A stretch of DNA of 35,962 bases, taken from an uncultured virus (IMG/VR IMGVR_UViG_3300028840_004051) (lineage: Duplodnaviria; Heunggongvirae; Uroviricota; Caudoviricetes). The translations under genes were made by a program, and so were the position numbers. The DNA lies in IMG/VR virus record IMGVR_UViG_3300028840_004051. One strand, given 5' to 3'. Positions 1 to 9,242 of the stretch are shown in pieces (within the stretch, counting starts at the first letter, position 1; every line of letters starts with the position of its first letter). Below the pieces are notes generated by a model that ran no database searches, was not told the DNA's origin, and was given only the letters and a program-made list of their open reading frames with translations.

Positions 1-1319
1 GATGATGATGAACTTGAACTTGAACCGCTTGATTCGGATGAAGAACTCGAACTTGAACTGCTTGATTCAGATGAAGATGATGAACTTGAACTAGATGACT
101 CTGATGAAGATGAAGATGAGCTACTACTCGATGATTCTGATGAGCTTGATGAACTCGAACTGGATGATTCAGATGAAGATGATGAACTACTACTTGACGA
201 TTCAGATGAAGATGAAGATGAAGAGCTACTCGACGATTCAGACGAAGATGATGAACTACTACTGCTGCTTGATTCAGAAGATGATGACGATTCTGATGAA
301 GATGAAGAACTACTACTGGATGATTCAGATGAACTTGAACTTGAACTACTACTCGACTCAGACGAAGATGATGAACTCGAACTTGATGACTCAGACGATG
401 ATGATGAAGATGAGCTTGCCGCCGCATACTCATCAAAGCCAATATCCCAAGCACTGCGGGTATCGCCATCTATGTCATCATCAAATGCGAAATTCCCATC
501 AGCCGAAAGATCGGTGCCGTTACCACGGCAAACCGTATCATCACTATCTAGATGATAATCGTCATTATCTGAATCTACATAGGTTGGATTTCCCTCTCCT
601 TCGTCTATGTTGGTCGTATCGGTTACTGTTCCGCTGATCCCAACTGTTGCTTTTAATACATTATTTGTTGCATAAATAGTTCCAGTGGTTGTACCTGATT
701 CGTTTATCCCTTTGTCTATAGTATGAATTGTATTGTTAAAAATATAAATATCGCCAGCTGGTTCTTGGCAACGTACACCCTCATTACTATCTAATAATAA
801 ATTATTGACAAAATATACTTCACCGGAATCAGGTCGGCCATATATACATCTATTGTCCACTCCTGCATTCGTACTTTCGTAAACCAGGCAACCAACAACA
901 GCCGAATAACCAGAGTTAGAATCAAATTGTATGGTATTAATATAATTATTACCCGAAGTTGTTTTTGCTACAAGGTCTTGAATATACTGATATTCTTCGT
1001 CACAATTAATGACATAATTTTCTGGTGCCGATCTATGAAATTCGGCGCAACTGCCATCACTTTTCGGAATACCGGAGTGTTTTGCCCCAGATGCAGGGCG
1101 GACAATACGGCAATAAGCAGCAGAATAAGTACCGCCACCCAGGATGACTCTATCATCATGCGCCCCGGCATAAACCTCTAAAACCTCTGAAACCTCAGAA
1201 GAAGTTAAATCATTATCAGTAGCCGCCTCCCATGTAGCAACAGACGAGTAGTCCTTACCACCACCAGAATCATAGCTACTGACATTTTCGTTTGTACCGG
1301 TTCTGCGACTGCTTGCCAT
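1..1319 (-). CDS. Beta-helix (pectin-lyase-like) adhesin or virion fibre protein followed by a long poly-Ser(Glu) tract; 3' end outside the window
   Basis: Not in the ORF track because there is no stop in the window. The ATG at 1319 overlaps the TAA of the upstream gene (TAATG). Translation: MASSRRTGTNENVSSYDSGGGKDYSSVATWEAATDNDL..., Asn-ladder motifs (YFVNN, YIFNNTI, YATNN), a closing motif NPTYVD..DDYHL...DIDGDTRSAWDIGFDE, then S10E repeats from 416 to the window edge. No signal peptide. Confidence 0.8.
   Translation of the reverse strand, partial: MASSRRTGTNENVSSYDSGGGKDYSSVATWEAATDNDLTSSEVSEVLEVYAGAHDDRVILGGGTYSAAYCRIVRPASGAKHSGIPKSDGSCAEFHRSAPENYVINCDEEYQYIQDLVAKTTSGNNYINTIQFDSNSGYSAVVGCLVYESTNAGVDNRCIYGRPDSGEVYFVNNLLLDSNEGVRCQEPAGDIYIFNNTIHTIDKGINESGTTTGTIYATNNVLKATVGISGTVTDTTNIDEGEGNPTYVDSDNDDYHLDSDDTVCRGNGTDLSADGNFAFDDDIDGDTRSAWDIGFDEYAAASSSSSSSSESSSSSSSSSSESSSSSSSSSSESSSSSSSSSSESSSSSESSSSSSSSSSSESSSSSSSSSSSESSSSSSSSSSESSSSSSSSSSESSSSSSSSSSSESSSSSSSSSSESSSSSSSSSSESSGSSSSSSS
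3..416 (-). repeat. Ser-rich coding repeat, about 11-codon period (S10E), at least 138 codons
   Basis: Glu codons (gattc/gactc on the + strand) recur mostly every 33 nt, sometimes 36 and once 18. Ser codons are mixed TCN/AGY. Confidence 0.95.
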
Positions 1320-1795
1320 TACAGGTAATTTCCAGTGACCTTATCAAACACAAGCCCTTCAACTCGAAAAGGCTTTCGAGGTGCAAGATAAGTTAGATTA
1401 TCTTCATCCAAAATCATAAATGGTTGATAGATATCATTCGGGTTTTTTGCTCGATCAATATCAAAATCAGGAAAGTATTCTTTTAAGGTTCTTAACGGAA
1501 TACAATAACGGCGCTTTTCATATCTTTTCCGCTTTTCCTCAAACCATCCTAAATATAGAGTTTTATCGTCAAATGCAGGCCCATCAAGTTTCCACAAATC
1601 TGTTTCTTCAAGCCCCTCAATTCTTAACCATATATAATCTTTTGTTTCCTTTGTACCGATCACATAATGAGGGTTGCGGACCGCAATAATATCTCCCACA
1701 CAAGCCCTTTCGCTCGCTGGTATGTCGGGGCGATTAACAGTCAACACCGCCACTTCTACAACCGGCCATTTTCTCCAACGATAACCCATGATCAA
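1319..1795 (-). CDS. Hypothetical protein
   Basis: 158-aa ORF translationally coupled at both ends (ATGA and TAATG overlaps). Confidence 0.75.
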   Translation of the reverse strand: MIMGYRWRKWPVVEVAVLTVNRPDIPASERACVGDIIAVRNPHYVIGTKETKDYIWLRIEGLEETDLWKLDGPAFDDKTLYLGWFEEKRKRYEKRRYCIPLRTLKEYFPDFDIDRAKNPNDIYQPFMILDEDNLTYLAPRKPFRVEGLVFDKVTGNYL

Positions 1796-2316
1796 TCATC
1801 CTTTGATATTCGATTAACTACCGCATCCTTTAAATCCTGCAATGTTTTATTCGGCAGATTTGGCAAGGCCGCAACACCCGTTTTTACATCAGCGAGATTG
1901 TTCGCATTTGCTATGACCGTCTTATAGTCCATCAGCCATTCACGGACTGCGTTAAACTGATGCTCGATTAAAACATCAAATGTAGCTACCAGCAATCGCC
2001 GCATCGCAGGGTTTATATTGATCATATTACGAGCGCTATCAGCCTCTTGCTCTTTTTCATCATCATCTTCATACGCCTGATAGCCGTCTATTTCCTGCTG
2101 AGTAGAGTTGCGCACCGTGGTATCGTCCCATTTTTTAGATATGCCGAGTATGCGACGTTCACCAGTTTCAATATCAATGTAATTTGTTCCGTCAGTAAAT
2201 GTAGGGTCAGTCAGCACTCCCCAGTATTTTGGGTCTGAATCAGCAAAGGTCTGCCCTTTTGTGGATATTTTGATTACTTCTCCAGATGACTTTCTATATA
2301 ATACGGTTGTTGCCAT
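1792..2316 (-). CDS. Hypothetical protein, cytoplasmic paralog of 4277-4774 (possible fibre assembly or chaperone protein)
   Basis: RBS AGAAGGAAAG. Shares ATTVLYR.SSGEV, Y.GVLTDP.F.DG, TVRN.TQQEIDG and NRIS.DD with 4277-4774. Confidence 0.8.
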   Translation of the reverse strand: MATTVLYRKSSGEVIKISTKGQTFADSDPKYWGVLTDPTFTDGTNYIDIETGERRILGISKKWDDTTVRNSTQQEIDGYQAYEDDDEKEQEADSARNMININPAMRRLLVATFDVLIEHQFNAVREWLMDYKTVIANANNLADVKTGVAALPNLPNKTLQDLKDAVVNRISKDD

Positions 2317-2358
2317 TTTACTTTCCTTCTGTTACAAATTTATATACAATTTTAGTGC

Positions 2359-2700
2359 TCATGGAACCGCGTGCATATTTTTCGGTCCTAATGGTTTCAC
2401 GAGCAATAGACAAGGGTCCGAATGCTCGCTTGTCCTCCCGTATTTATCCGTATATGTCGCAGTATAGACATGTTCCTCATTTGGTAGACCTGATATATCA
2501 TACCTGATTGACAAATCGTTTTCCAGTGCAATGTTATCAGCCACGATGATACCATCAGCGTATATGGTTGCCGATACGGGGCATTCAGTCAATTCCTCAT
2601 CCCCACAAGGTCCATAAGGATCACTAATTAGATACGGTCCAGCCTGGCATATACTTACCATCACCAATACTGCCAAAATTGCTAAGAATAGTTTTTTCAT
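2359..2700 (-). CDS. Small secreted beta-sandwich (FnIII/Ig-like) protein
   Basis: RBS AGGAGA. Sec signal peptide MKKLFLAILAVLVMVSICQA. C-terminal H.YTATYTDKYGRTSEHS resembles the last strands of FnIII. Confidence 0.7.
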   Translation of the reverse strand: MKKLFLAILAVLVMVSICQAGPYLISDPYGPCGDEELTECPVSATIYADGIIVADNIALENDLSIRYDISGLPNEEHVYTATYTDKYGRTSEHSDPCLLLVKPLGPKNMHAVP

Positions 2701-2709
2701 TTCTTCTCC

Positions 2710-4284
2710 TTAGTTTATCGAAACTCCCTGAAAAGATACGCCTTGGATGTTTGCATTTGTGCCATCTCCTTCCAACCCATAAGCCCCGATAATCCAAGTT
2801 GGATGCTGGTCTTCTTGAGCTTCGATTGTTACTGACGGTGGCGATGCTGTGTGATTTGTAATGTCGGGGTCAAGTAAATCATCGTAAGAATCTCCAAGGT
2901 CGTAGCCAGCATTAGCCACTACCCCATCAGCCGTACTTGTCGGCCAAAACTCGTCCGAAGCTGGATTTTTAAAGTCGGGATTATCGTCATAATTGTCGCC
3001 AGCATAGGACTGGCTGTTTAATTGAGTCGCAGTATAGTTTGATCCCTCAATTTCTGCAAAAGTATGTCCATCTGCATCTTGATTGTAGTCATCACAAATA
3101 TTATTATAAAACTCATAGCCAGACACAAGACCCTCAGTATCTACTACAAATATACATTCTCCACCGACCTTTTTGATAGCGTTATTATATATCTTATTTC
3201 CTATTACATCCCCAAGTCCACCGTCTATAGCACTAAGTTTTATGCCATGATTGTTTGAGTTGTTATCGTTATCATAGATAGTATTATTATAGATCAAATT
3301 ATTTGAGCTGTCATACGATGCATCTGTATACGATAGTATATCTATGCAGCCTTGATCTGATCTTGGGTGTTTAGCATTATTGCAAGACAAAACATTACCA
3401 TAAATTTCGTTACTGTCGCCGCCGTATATTTCGATACCTTGCCCGTGATTTTTGCAGTAGTTAAATCTTATAATATTGCTATCAGAATTATAGTTAAACC
3501 CAATGCAAAAATCCTCATGAGTAGATGACTCGTAAAAATAATTGTATTGTGTTGTATTATTCGTTCCATTTTGGTGCTGAACGCCCCCGTGGTCACTACC
3601 TGTACAATGGTTATATTGAAAAGTGTTGCTATCACCACATACCTGAAAACAATCACCACCAGAGGGAGCGGTTTCATCATCTTGGTCATCCAAATCAATT
3701 AAATTATATTCTATTAAATTGCTGTCTCCCCCATTGTCGCCATAACAACCGGCCTCTATACCTTCGCTGACATAGAAAATATAGTTATACCTTGCCTTGT
3801 TATTATTAGACCTAAACCGTATCCCATATTCTGCTGTATCCAATTTTAGAGAATTTATCTCTATATAAGTTGAAGTAGCACTATCGGGAGTTACAATAAG
3901 GTCGGTCGAATCATAAGTCCCATAGAATCGGGGCTTTGTTAGTCCCCCCGAACAGTTTTGCCCAAAAGTTTCGTTTCCGCCATCCTCGTGACTGCCGTCT
4001 GCGTTATAAGCGCCAATTATTATATAATCCCCGGAAGTACCGCTGTTCGAAATGGAGATGTTTCCGTTATAAGCCGTTCCGCATAATTGGCGGTAATCGT
4101 TACCAGTAGTGATAGTTAGGTCGGACCACTCATCAACAGGACCATCAGCCCCACCATCACATACATGAGTAGTGCCATCACCAGGAGTACCGCAATCAGG
4201 ATTGATATAGTAATCCGCTCCCCACCCAGGCAAAGCGAAAGCTAAAATAAGAAGTATATATATGTAAAGAAGTCTTTTAATCAT
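2710..4284 (-). CDS. Secreted right-handed parallel beta-helix protein (adhesin or polysaccharide-lyase-like)
   Basis: Signal peptide ending ...LPGWGA/DYY. Many N.I.YN/.GN Asn-ladder repeats. C-terminal NPDF.NP..DEF.P...IGAY motif. Confidence 0.8.
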   Translation of the reverse strand: MIKRLLYIYILLILAFALPGWGADYYINPDCGTPGDGTTHVCDGGADGPVDEWSDLTITTGNDYRQLCGTAYNGNISISNSGTSGDYIIIGAYNADGSHEDGGNETFGQNCSGGLTKPRFYGTYDSTDLIVTPDSATSTYIEINSLKLDTAEYGIRFRSNNNKARYNYIFYVSEGIEAGCYGDNGGDSNLIEYNLIDLDDQDDETAPSGGDCFQVCGDSNTFQYNHCTGSDHGGVQHQNGTNNTTQYNYFYESSTHEDFCIGFNYNSDSNIIRFNYCKNHGQGIEIYGGDSNEIYGNVLSCNNAKHPRSDQGCIDILSYTDASYDSSNNLIYNNTIYDNDNNSNNHGIKLSAIDGGLGDVIGNKIYNNAIKKVGGECIFVVDTEGLVSGYEFYNNICDDYNQDADGHTFAEIEGSNYTATQLNSQSYAGDNYDDNPDFKNPASDEFWPTSTADGVVANAGYDLGDSYDDLLDPDITNHTASPPSVTIEAQEDQHPTWIIGAYGLEGDGTNANIQGVSFQGVSIN

Positions 4285-4774
4285 CCGCGCTTATCCTGTT
4301 TCTAATTGCATTAAAAGCCTGTGAATAGTCTATTTGCGGCAGACCATGTTGCGCTCGTAAAACGTTTAGTTGATCGACAAGCTCTTTTATTAAAGCGATA
4401 AAAATTCTTCTATACTTCGGGTCGTTTTGCATTAAGCTTTTTGCATTTTCAGCTATTCGCGCGTTTTCATCGCTTTCAACATATAAATCGAATCCATCAA
4501 TCTCTTGCTGAGTTGCGTTTCTAACTGTTCCATTGTCATTTATTTTAGTATACCCAAGCCCTCTCGTTCCCTGTGGTGTTCTCCATTCATTTCCATCAGG
4601 GAAAGGAGGATCGGTTAGCACCCCAAAATAAGTAGCATCGAACTCTAAAAATTGACTATCGGACACACTTATATCACAAACCTCCCCGCTTGAAATGCGA
4701 TATAAGACAGTCGTTGCACTTGCGAAGTTAAACGATAAGAAAATAAAGATTGCAGCTAAAATTGTTTTTTTCAT
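4277..4774 (-). CDS. Secreted hypothetical protein, signal-peptide-bearing paralog of 1792-2316
   Basis: Start re-assigned to ATG 4774 (AAGGA RBS). Signal peptide MKKTILAAIFIFLSFNFASA; the mature part begins TTVLYRISSGEV. Confidence 0.8.
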   Translation of the reverse strand: MKKTILAAIFIFLSFNFASATTVLYRISSGEVCDISVSDSQFLEFDATYFGVLTDPPFPDGNEWRTPQGTRGLGYTKINDNGTVRNATQQEIDGFDLYVESDENARIAENAKSLMQNDPKYRRIFIALIKELVDQLNVLRAQHGLPQIDYSQAFNAIRNRISADD

Positions 4775-4785
4775 AGTATAAATCC

Positions 4786-5742
4786 TTATGGAGTATAACA
4801 AGTCCAGGTTCCCTGGTTTTCCCACACTACCCATGTGCCATCAGTACGGCCGCGTAGTACAACAAAATCCCCAGCGGCTTTAGCGCTGTTATTTGTGATA
4901 CCTTGCCCCTGTGTACAAGTAGTTCCATTAGGCAAAATAATGTAATCCGTTGCATTTGGCTTTATCTGTAATGCATAGGTATTATTTCTATCCATTGCTC
5001 GTAATGTGCTTCCAACATCTGTATCACATAAACCAGAATCAGGGGCGGTTATAGTCTGGACTGCTCCCGATCCAGTTGCATAAACCTCCTCATAGCAAAC
5101 AGTGGACGAAGACAGATCATAATCGCCTGTTTGTGCTGTGCTCTTTATACCTGCATCGATATACATTGCCTCAATCCCGGCAGAAGAGTCGATCTTTCTA
5201 TCTGTCTCCCAGGCATTATCACTTGCATCAAAACGAATTACTTCGGTATGAGTACCATTGATAACACATTCTATCCAAAAGTCACCGTACTCGGCATCCT
5301 CGGTAGTGGTAGTAAGATTAGAATATAGAGTGCAGGAAACCTCATCCGCATCATCGGCTCCTGCAGCATCACTATCTCGAAATGGTAATTGAGGATCAGT
5401 ATTACCCTCTGAATCTATACTTCCAACATTATTCAAATCATAGGTATTAACATCAAGATCCTGCCCAAGGGTGTGGAGAGCTTTAACGAGATTAGATACC
5501 TGGATCTTCTTAGATACCCCACCATCATTAATATAGATCTCATCCGAATCAGCAGGGATAGCAGCTAATTCCGTAAGATCAGAAAGCTTAGAGCTTGCTC
5601 CTACTCCAGCCGCAGCATCCAAATCCTCCTCAAGTTTGCTATCTTCTAAAGCCTCAATCCTGCGGTCAAGATCAACAATCATCTTAGGAGTAGCACAACC
5701 TGCCAATAACAAAATTAAAAATAATAAAAATAGTCTTTTCAT
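4786..5742 (-). CDS. Lipoprotein with fibre-like acidic C-terminal region
   Basis: Lipobox LAGC after MKRLFLLFLILL. Short coiled coil. C-terminal ...GDFVVLRG..DGTWVV resembles distal domains of phage fibres. Confidence 0.65.
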   Translation of the reverse strand: MKRLFLLFLILLLAGCATPKMIVDLDRRIEALEDSKLEEDLDAAAGVGASSKLSDLTELAAIPADSDEIYINDGGVSKKIQVSNLVKALHTLGQDLDVNTYDLNNVGSIDSEGNTDPQLPFRDSDAAGADDADEVSCTLYSNLTTTTEDAEYGDFWIECVINGTHTEVIRFDASDNAWETDRKIDSSAGIEAMYIDAGIKSTAQTGDYDLSSSTVCYEEVYATGSGAVQTITAPDSGLCDTDVGSTLRAMDRNNTYALQIKPNATDYIILPNGTTCTQGQGITNNSAKAAGDFVVLRGRTDGTWVVWENQGTWTCYTP

Positions 5743-6161
5743 GCTGGTATCCCCACAAAGAATATTTTATCGACTACACCGTCCGCTTCCCTGATAAGGT
5801 CAGTCTGTGGCTCAATGATCAGAATCTTCTCCTCCAATAAACAAATATTGCAGACATGAGCCCCTTGTTGATGTTTGAATGAATGCCCTTTCACCTGCCC
5901 GAAAGGAATAGGATTATTAAATTTTAGCTTTACATTCTGCCCTACTTCTCTACTCACAGAGGCGCATAGCTGAAGTGCGAAATCATCACAATCAAATCTA
6001 TAGCCCCTGAATTTAATTCTTTCTGTTTTATCATGCTTAACCAACCATCGCACATCATCCTCAGTCGGATATTCATATTCGTAATCATTCAGCCAGATAT
6101 TCTTGCAGTCTGGCCAAAGTTTCCTTATCCTATTTCTAATCTCTTTATACGATATTCCCAT
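5739..6161 (-). CDS. Papain/transglutaminase-like cysteine protease (MOA lectin C-terminal-like domain)
   Basis: FDCDDFA...HVCN...IIEPQTD gives a Cys-His-Glu triad pattern. Confidence 0.7.
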   Translation of the reverse strand: MGISYKEIRNRIRKLWPDCKNIWLNDYEYEYPTEDDVRWLVKHDKTERIKFRGYRFDCDDFALQLCASVSREVGQNVKLKFNNPIPFGQVKGHSFKHQQGAHVCNICLLEEKILIIEPQTDLIREADGVVDKIFFVGIPA

Positions 6162-6196
6162 ATTATAATATACCTTAGTACTAATTTAAAAAGAAA

Positions 6197-6235
6197 GTTT
6201 AATATAGGCTAAATGAGGCTGTTTAAAGCTATGTT
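6197..6235 (-). promoter_or_regulatory. 39-bp intergenic repeat, copy 1 (candidate late promoter or operator)
   Basis: gtttaatataggctaaatgaggctgtttaaagctatgtt, 38/39 identical to 16949-16987. Both copies are intergenic and in the same orientation. Confidence 0.6.
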
Positions 6236-6248
6236 CTAAAGCTTTCTA

Positions 6249-7313
6249 TTACCTCACATATATCCTATTTACAGATGTGATCCCTCTCTTACTGTCAATC
6301 AGTAGAAGGGATTGCTGAGGGCGTTCAAACCCGACCTTAGATGCAATCGAGTAAGCACTATAACCGATCACTGACCCATTCGCTAAGAATAGATCAGGGT
6401 TCATAAATTTATGCCAATGCCCCATTACATCCAAATCTGCTTTACGTCCTTTATTCCATTCCAAGATGGCTTTATTAGCAGGAATCGTCACACCACCTAT
6501 ACCTCCATAATAACGGATTTTATCACCATGATGGAATCGCAACATCACATCATAAATCTGTTTATAAAGGTGGTAGCCCTGCGCGATATCAAAACTAACA
6601 TTATCATCACCGGCATACCATAGCTCAAGGAATTTATACATTAGCCACTCATAGCTATGCTTCACCCTAGTAGATGCCCGGCTATAACCTTCCTTGCTGT
6701 CCCTGCCATGGTTACCATCACAGCCGATAATTATAATTTTATCAAACATCCCTTCTTCTTTCAAAAGACGGATACCTGATATAATCCTATCCAGGCAAAA
6801 CAGGATCTCTTCCTGAGGACTGCCTTCATTAGTCTCCTTCGCATCATCATAAAACATATTAGTAATTAGATCTCCAAGGAAAGCTAACACGAATGTATTT
6901 ATTTCAATTCTTGATCGAAGGACATCCACCCATGCTAAACATCCCTGAAAAAATCTCTCTATACTCTCCCTTGCAATCTTACTGTTATAAACATTCAAGC
7001 CGCTGACTGTGGCAGGATCAACCACCTCCAGTGAATGCCAATCAGATGCAATCCCAATAATAGTTCCTTCTGCCGTACCAGTCTTCTTAGATCTTGTAAT
7101 AGGTTTTGGCTCGACATATGATCTTGCCAGTAAATCAAGCCACGAGCTTGACTGCTTAAACTGTTCAAAATCATCCCTTAGCAAATTGTAATCATTATCC
7201 TTACGTCTTAATTGGCGCCTAAGGTTTTCAATCGCGGCATCTACCTCATGTTGTTTTGCGGCATCTACCTCTTCTTTAAATTTCTCAATAGGAGTCTTTT
7301 TTTCATCAGTCAT
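6249..7313 (-). CDS. Calcineurin-like metallophosphoesterase with N-terminal coiled coil
   Basis: Motifs SDWH, LGD, GNHG, HHGD, GHWH. GGAGGT RBS precedes ATG 7313. Confidence 0.9.
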   Translation of the reverse strand: MTDEKKTPIEKFKEEVDAAKQHEVDAAIENLRRQLRRKDNDYNLLRDDFEQFKQSSSWLDLLARSYVEPKPITRSKKTGTAEGTIIGIASDWHSLEVVDPATVSGLNVYNSKIARESIERFFQGCLAWVDVLRSRIEINTFVLAFLGDLITNMFYDDAKETNEGSPQEEILFCLDRIISGIRLLKEEGMFDKIIIIGCDGNHGRDSKEGYSRASTRVKHSYEWLMYKFLELWYAGDDNVSFDIAQGYHLYKQIYDVMLRFHHGDKIRYYGGIGGVTIPANKAILEWNKGRKADLDVMGHWHKFMNPDLFLANGSVIGYSAYSIASKVGFERPQQSLLLIDSKRGITSVNRIYVR

Positions 7314-7318
7314 ATGGA

Positions 7319-7780
7319 TTACCTCCACCCATTAATTATTTCTCTCATTTTATCAATTATATCAGGATGGCCCCATATAATAACTCCATCCTTGCGGACT
7401 TGAAGATGCTTATACTCCTCGGCATATCGCCTCCACTTACCAATCGAGACACCGCATTTAATCCTGAAATCTTTATCCTCCATGTAGCCAGGTTCATCAT
7501 TGATTACCAAGCACTTATCAATTCCTTCCTCTATCTTTTTAGGTATAATGTAGCCATCATCATACTTGCTTCTAAACTCATTTAGGGTTCCAGCTGAAAT
7601 ATCTCCCTTCTTAATAGTAGATTGAATAATTGATCCTTTCCTGAATTTATTGATCACTTTTCTAATTGTTGCCCTATGGACACCTAATCTTTTAGCTAAT
7701 TCGGTTTTATTGAGTGTTGGCCCATATTCATCATACTCGTCTAATATTTGATCTTTAATCTCATCCGGCAATGGTTTCAT
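7319..7780 (-). CDS. HTH DNA-binding protein
   Basis: NKTELAKRLGVHRATIRKVI is a typical HTH. Confidence 0.75.
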   Translation of the reverse strand: MKPLPDEIKDQILDEYDEYGPTLNKTELAKRLGVHRATIRKVINKFRKGSIIQSTIKKGDISAGTLNEFRSKYDDGYIIPKKIEEGIDKCLVINDEPGYMEDKDFRIKCGVSIGKWRRYAEEYKHLQVRKDGVIIWGHPDIIDKMREIINGWR

Positions 7781-8034
7781 TCTTCAGCCTCCATGAATTC
7801 TATCAGGTAATCCATGATGTCTCTCTTACTAAGCTCAAGCAAGAAAAATAAATCACTGATTTTTATTTCTCTATCTCGAGAGCCCATCTTTATTACTCTA
7901 TGAGATTCACCTTGAGCCATCAGTACAAAGTCATCAAACTTGTCATCGGAAATTATATCTTCAACCTCGGATAGGAACTCCTTGGCATTGTACATTCTGT
8001 GGTAATTTCTATAATCCGATAATTTTTCTACCAT
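7777..8034 (-). CDS. Hypothetical protein
   Basis: 85-aa ORF in a co-directional run, ATGA-coupled to the next gene. Confidence 0.6.
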   Translation of the reverse strand: MVEKLSDYRNYHRMYNAKEFLSEVEDIISDDKFDDFVLMAQGESHRVIKMGSRDREIKISDLFFLLELSKRDIMDYLIEFMEAEE

Positions 8035-8037
8035 TAT

Positions 8038-8274
8038 TTAATCACATGGAAACTGGAGCTTGGAGCTATATAAATCATCAATTACATACTCTGTATCATA
8101 ATCATAATCAATTTTATGTGATACAGAGATATTACCATAAAACCAATCTAACCAATCAGCAAAAGCCTCACTCTGTTTACAATCCTCGCAGGGTGGATAC
8201 CTTTTATCAAGATCCTTGTGCTGGCAGGTCTTGCACGGGCACCGTATCTCTTCCACAACTCGAAACAACTTCAC
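8038..8274 (-). CDS. Small Cys-rich (possible Zn-binding) protein
   Basis: CPCKTC...CEDC. Fills the gap in the operon. Confidence 0.6.
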   Translation of the reverse strand: MKLFRVVEEIRCPCKTCQHKDLDKRYPPCEDCKQSEAFADWLDWFYGNISVSHKIDYDYDTEYVIDDLYSSKLQFPCD

Positions 8275-9004
8275 TCGATAGCTCCTTTGCCAGATTCGGA
8301 TAATACTTTCTAAGGAGATTCTCCAGCCTTTCAGAAACCGCTATCTCACCCAGTCGATTTCTATCTAGCCCATGCGTTTCCCAACTGATTTTATTCATTG
8401 GATTGAAATGTAGGACCTTGACCGGTTTCTCAGATCGATTATATCTCTTGACGAACCCACTGCAACCGACATTATACGTATTATCGACTACGGTAACCCT
8501 ATCCCTAAATTTCTTCGATTTTAAAACTCTATTAATCGTTGGTTCTTCTTTCTCTTCCCCTTCCGATAATAAAAATTCTATTACATTAACTATATCCCTT
8601 GCCGAATACCTCCAAAAAATACTCCCTCCGTTAAACTTAGAGGTTGAGTATGTTGTAATACCAACATCCTTAATATCAGGTGGGCAATCGATTTGGTTAT
8701 TCTCCCAACAATCCAAATCATGTGACCATATGATTTCTCCCGCTAATCGGAACTCATTCTTATTAGAGAATATATGATCGACGCCAAACATCTTACTCCC
8801 AGTCCAGCAATGCTTGTTTGGTTGCCATTTTACAGTCTTTACACCCATAAATTCAAAATCAAAATTAGCGAGAATAAGGATAGAATCTGGATTCCATTCA
8901 AGGTCAAGACTATTTTCTATTTGAGCTTTCAGGATAGTTTCAACACTTTCCTGCCCGTACTTGTGGTGTCCTTTGCGGGCATTGGCAACCATGAAATTAA
9001 TCAT
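8207..9004 (-). CDS. Putative GT-A fold glycosyltransferase or nucleotide-diphospho-sugar transferase
   Basis: HDLD (DxD), FNGGSIF, YNVG and VLHF motifs as in GT8-like enzymes; adjacent to the glycosylation genes. Confidence 0.6.
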   Translation of the reverse strand: MINFMVANARKGHHKYGQESVETILKAQIENSLDLEWNPDSILILANFDFEFMGVKTVKWQPNKHCWTGSKMFGVDHIFSNKNEFRLAGEIIWSHDLDCWENNQIDCPPDIKDVGITTYSTSKFNGGSIFWRYSARDIVNVIEFLLSEGEEKEEPTINRVLKSKKFRDRVTVVDNTYNVGCSGFVKRYNRSEKPVKVLHFNPMNKISWETHGLDRNRLGEIAVSERLENLLRKYYPNLAKELSSEVVSSCGRDTVPVQDLPAQGS

Positions 9005-9005
9005 A

Positions 9006-9236
9006 TTATTTATTACCCATCCCTTTAATTATTTTATCACCGACTACTCTCACACCTGCATAAAGGCCAAGCATTGTCACTATATCAGATAGCAAGGTTA
9101 TGGCAGCTTCTGGAATATCTTTAACCCATATCGTAAGGCCACCTATAATAATCAATCCAGATATCGCCAATGTTCTATCAAGCTTAAATAGAGACATTTG
9201 AACTGGCTTTAATTTTTCCATCTTTTCTTTTTCCAT
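9006..9236 (-). CDS. Small two-TM membrane protein (holin candidate)
   Basis: Two hydrophobic segments and charged termini. Confidence 0.5.
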   Translation of the reverse strand: MEKEKMEKLKPVQMSLFKLDRTLAISGLIIIGGLTIWVKDIPEAAITLLSDIVTMLGLYAGVRVVGDKIIKGMGNK

Positions 9237-9242
9237 TTTATG

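Noticed and set aside
95..637. 180-aa Met-rich plus-strand ORF
   Set aside because: Antisense shadow of the poly-Ser coding tract.
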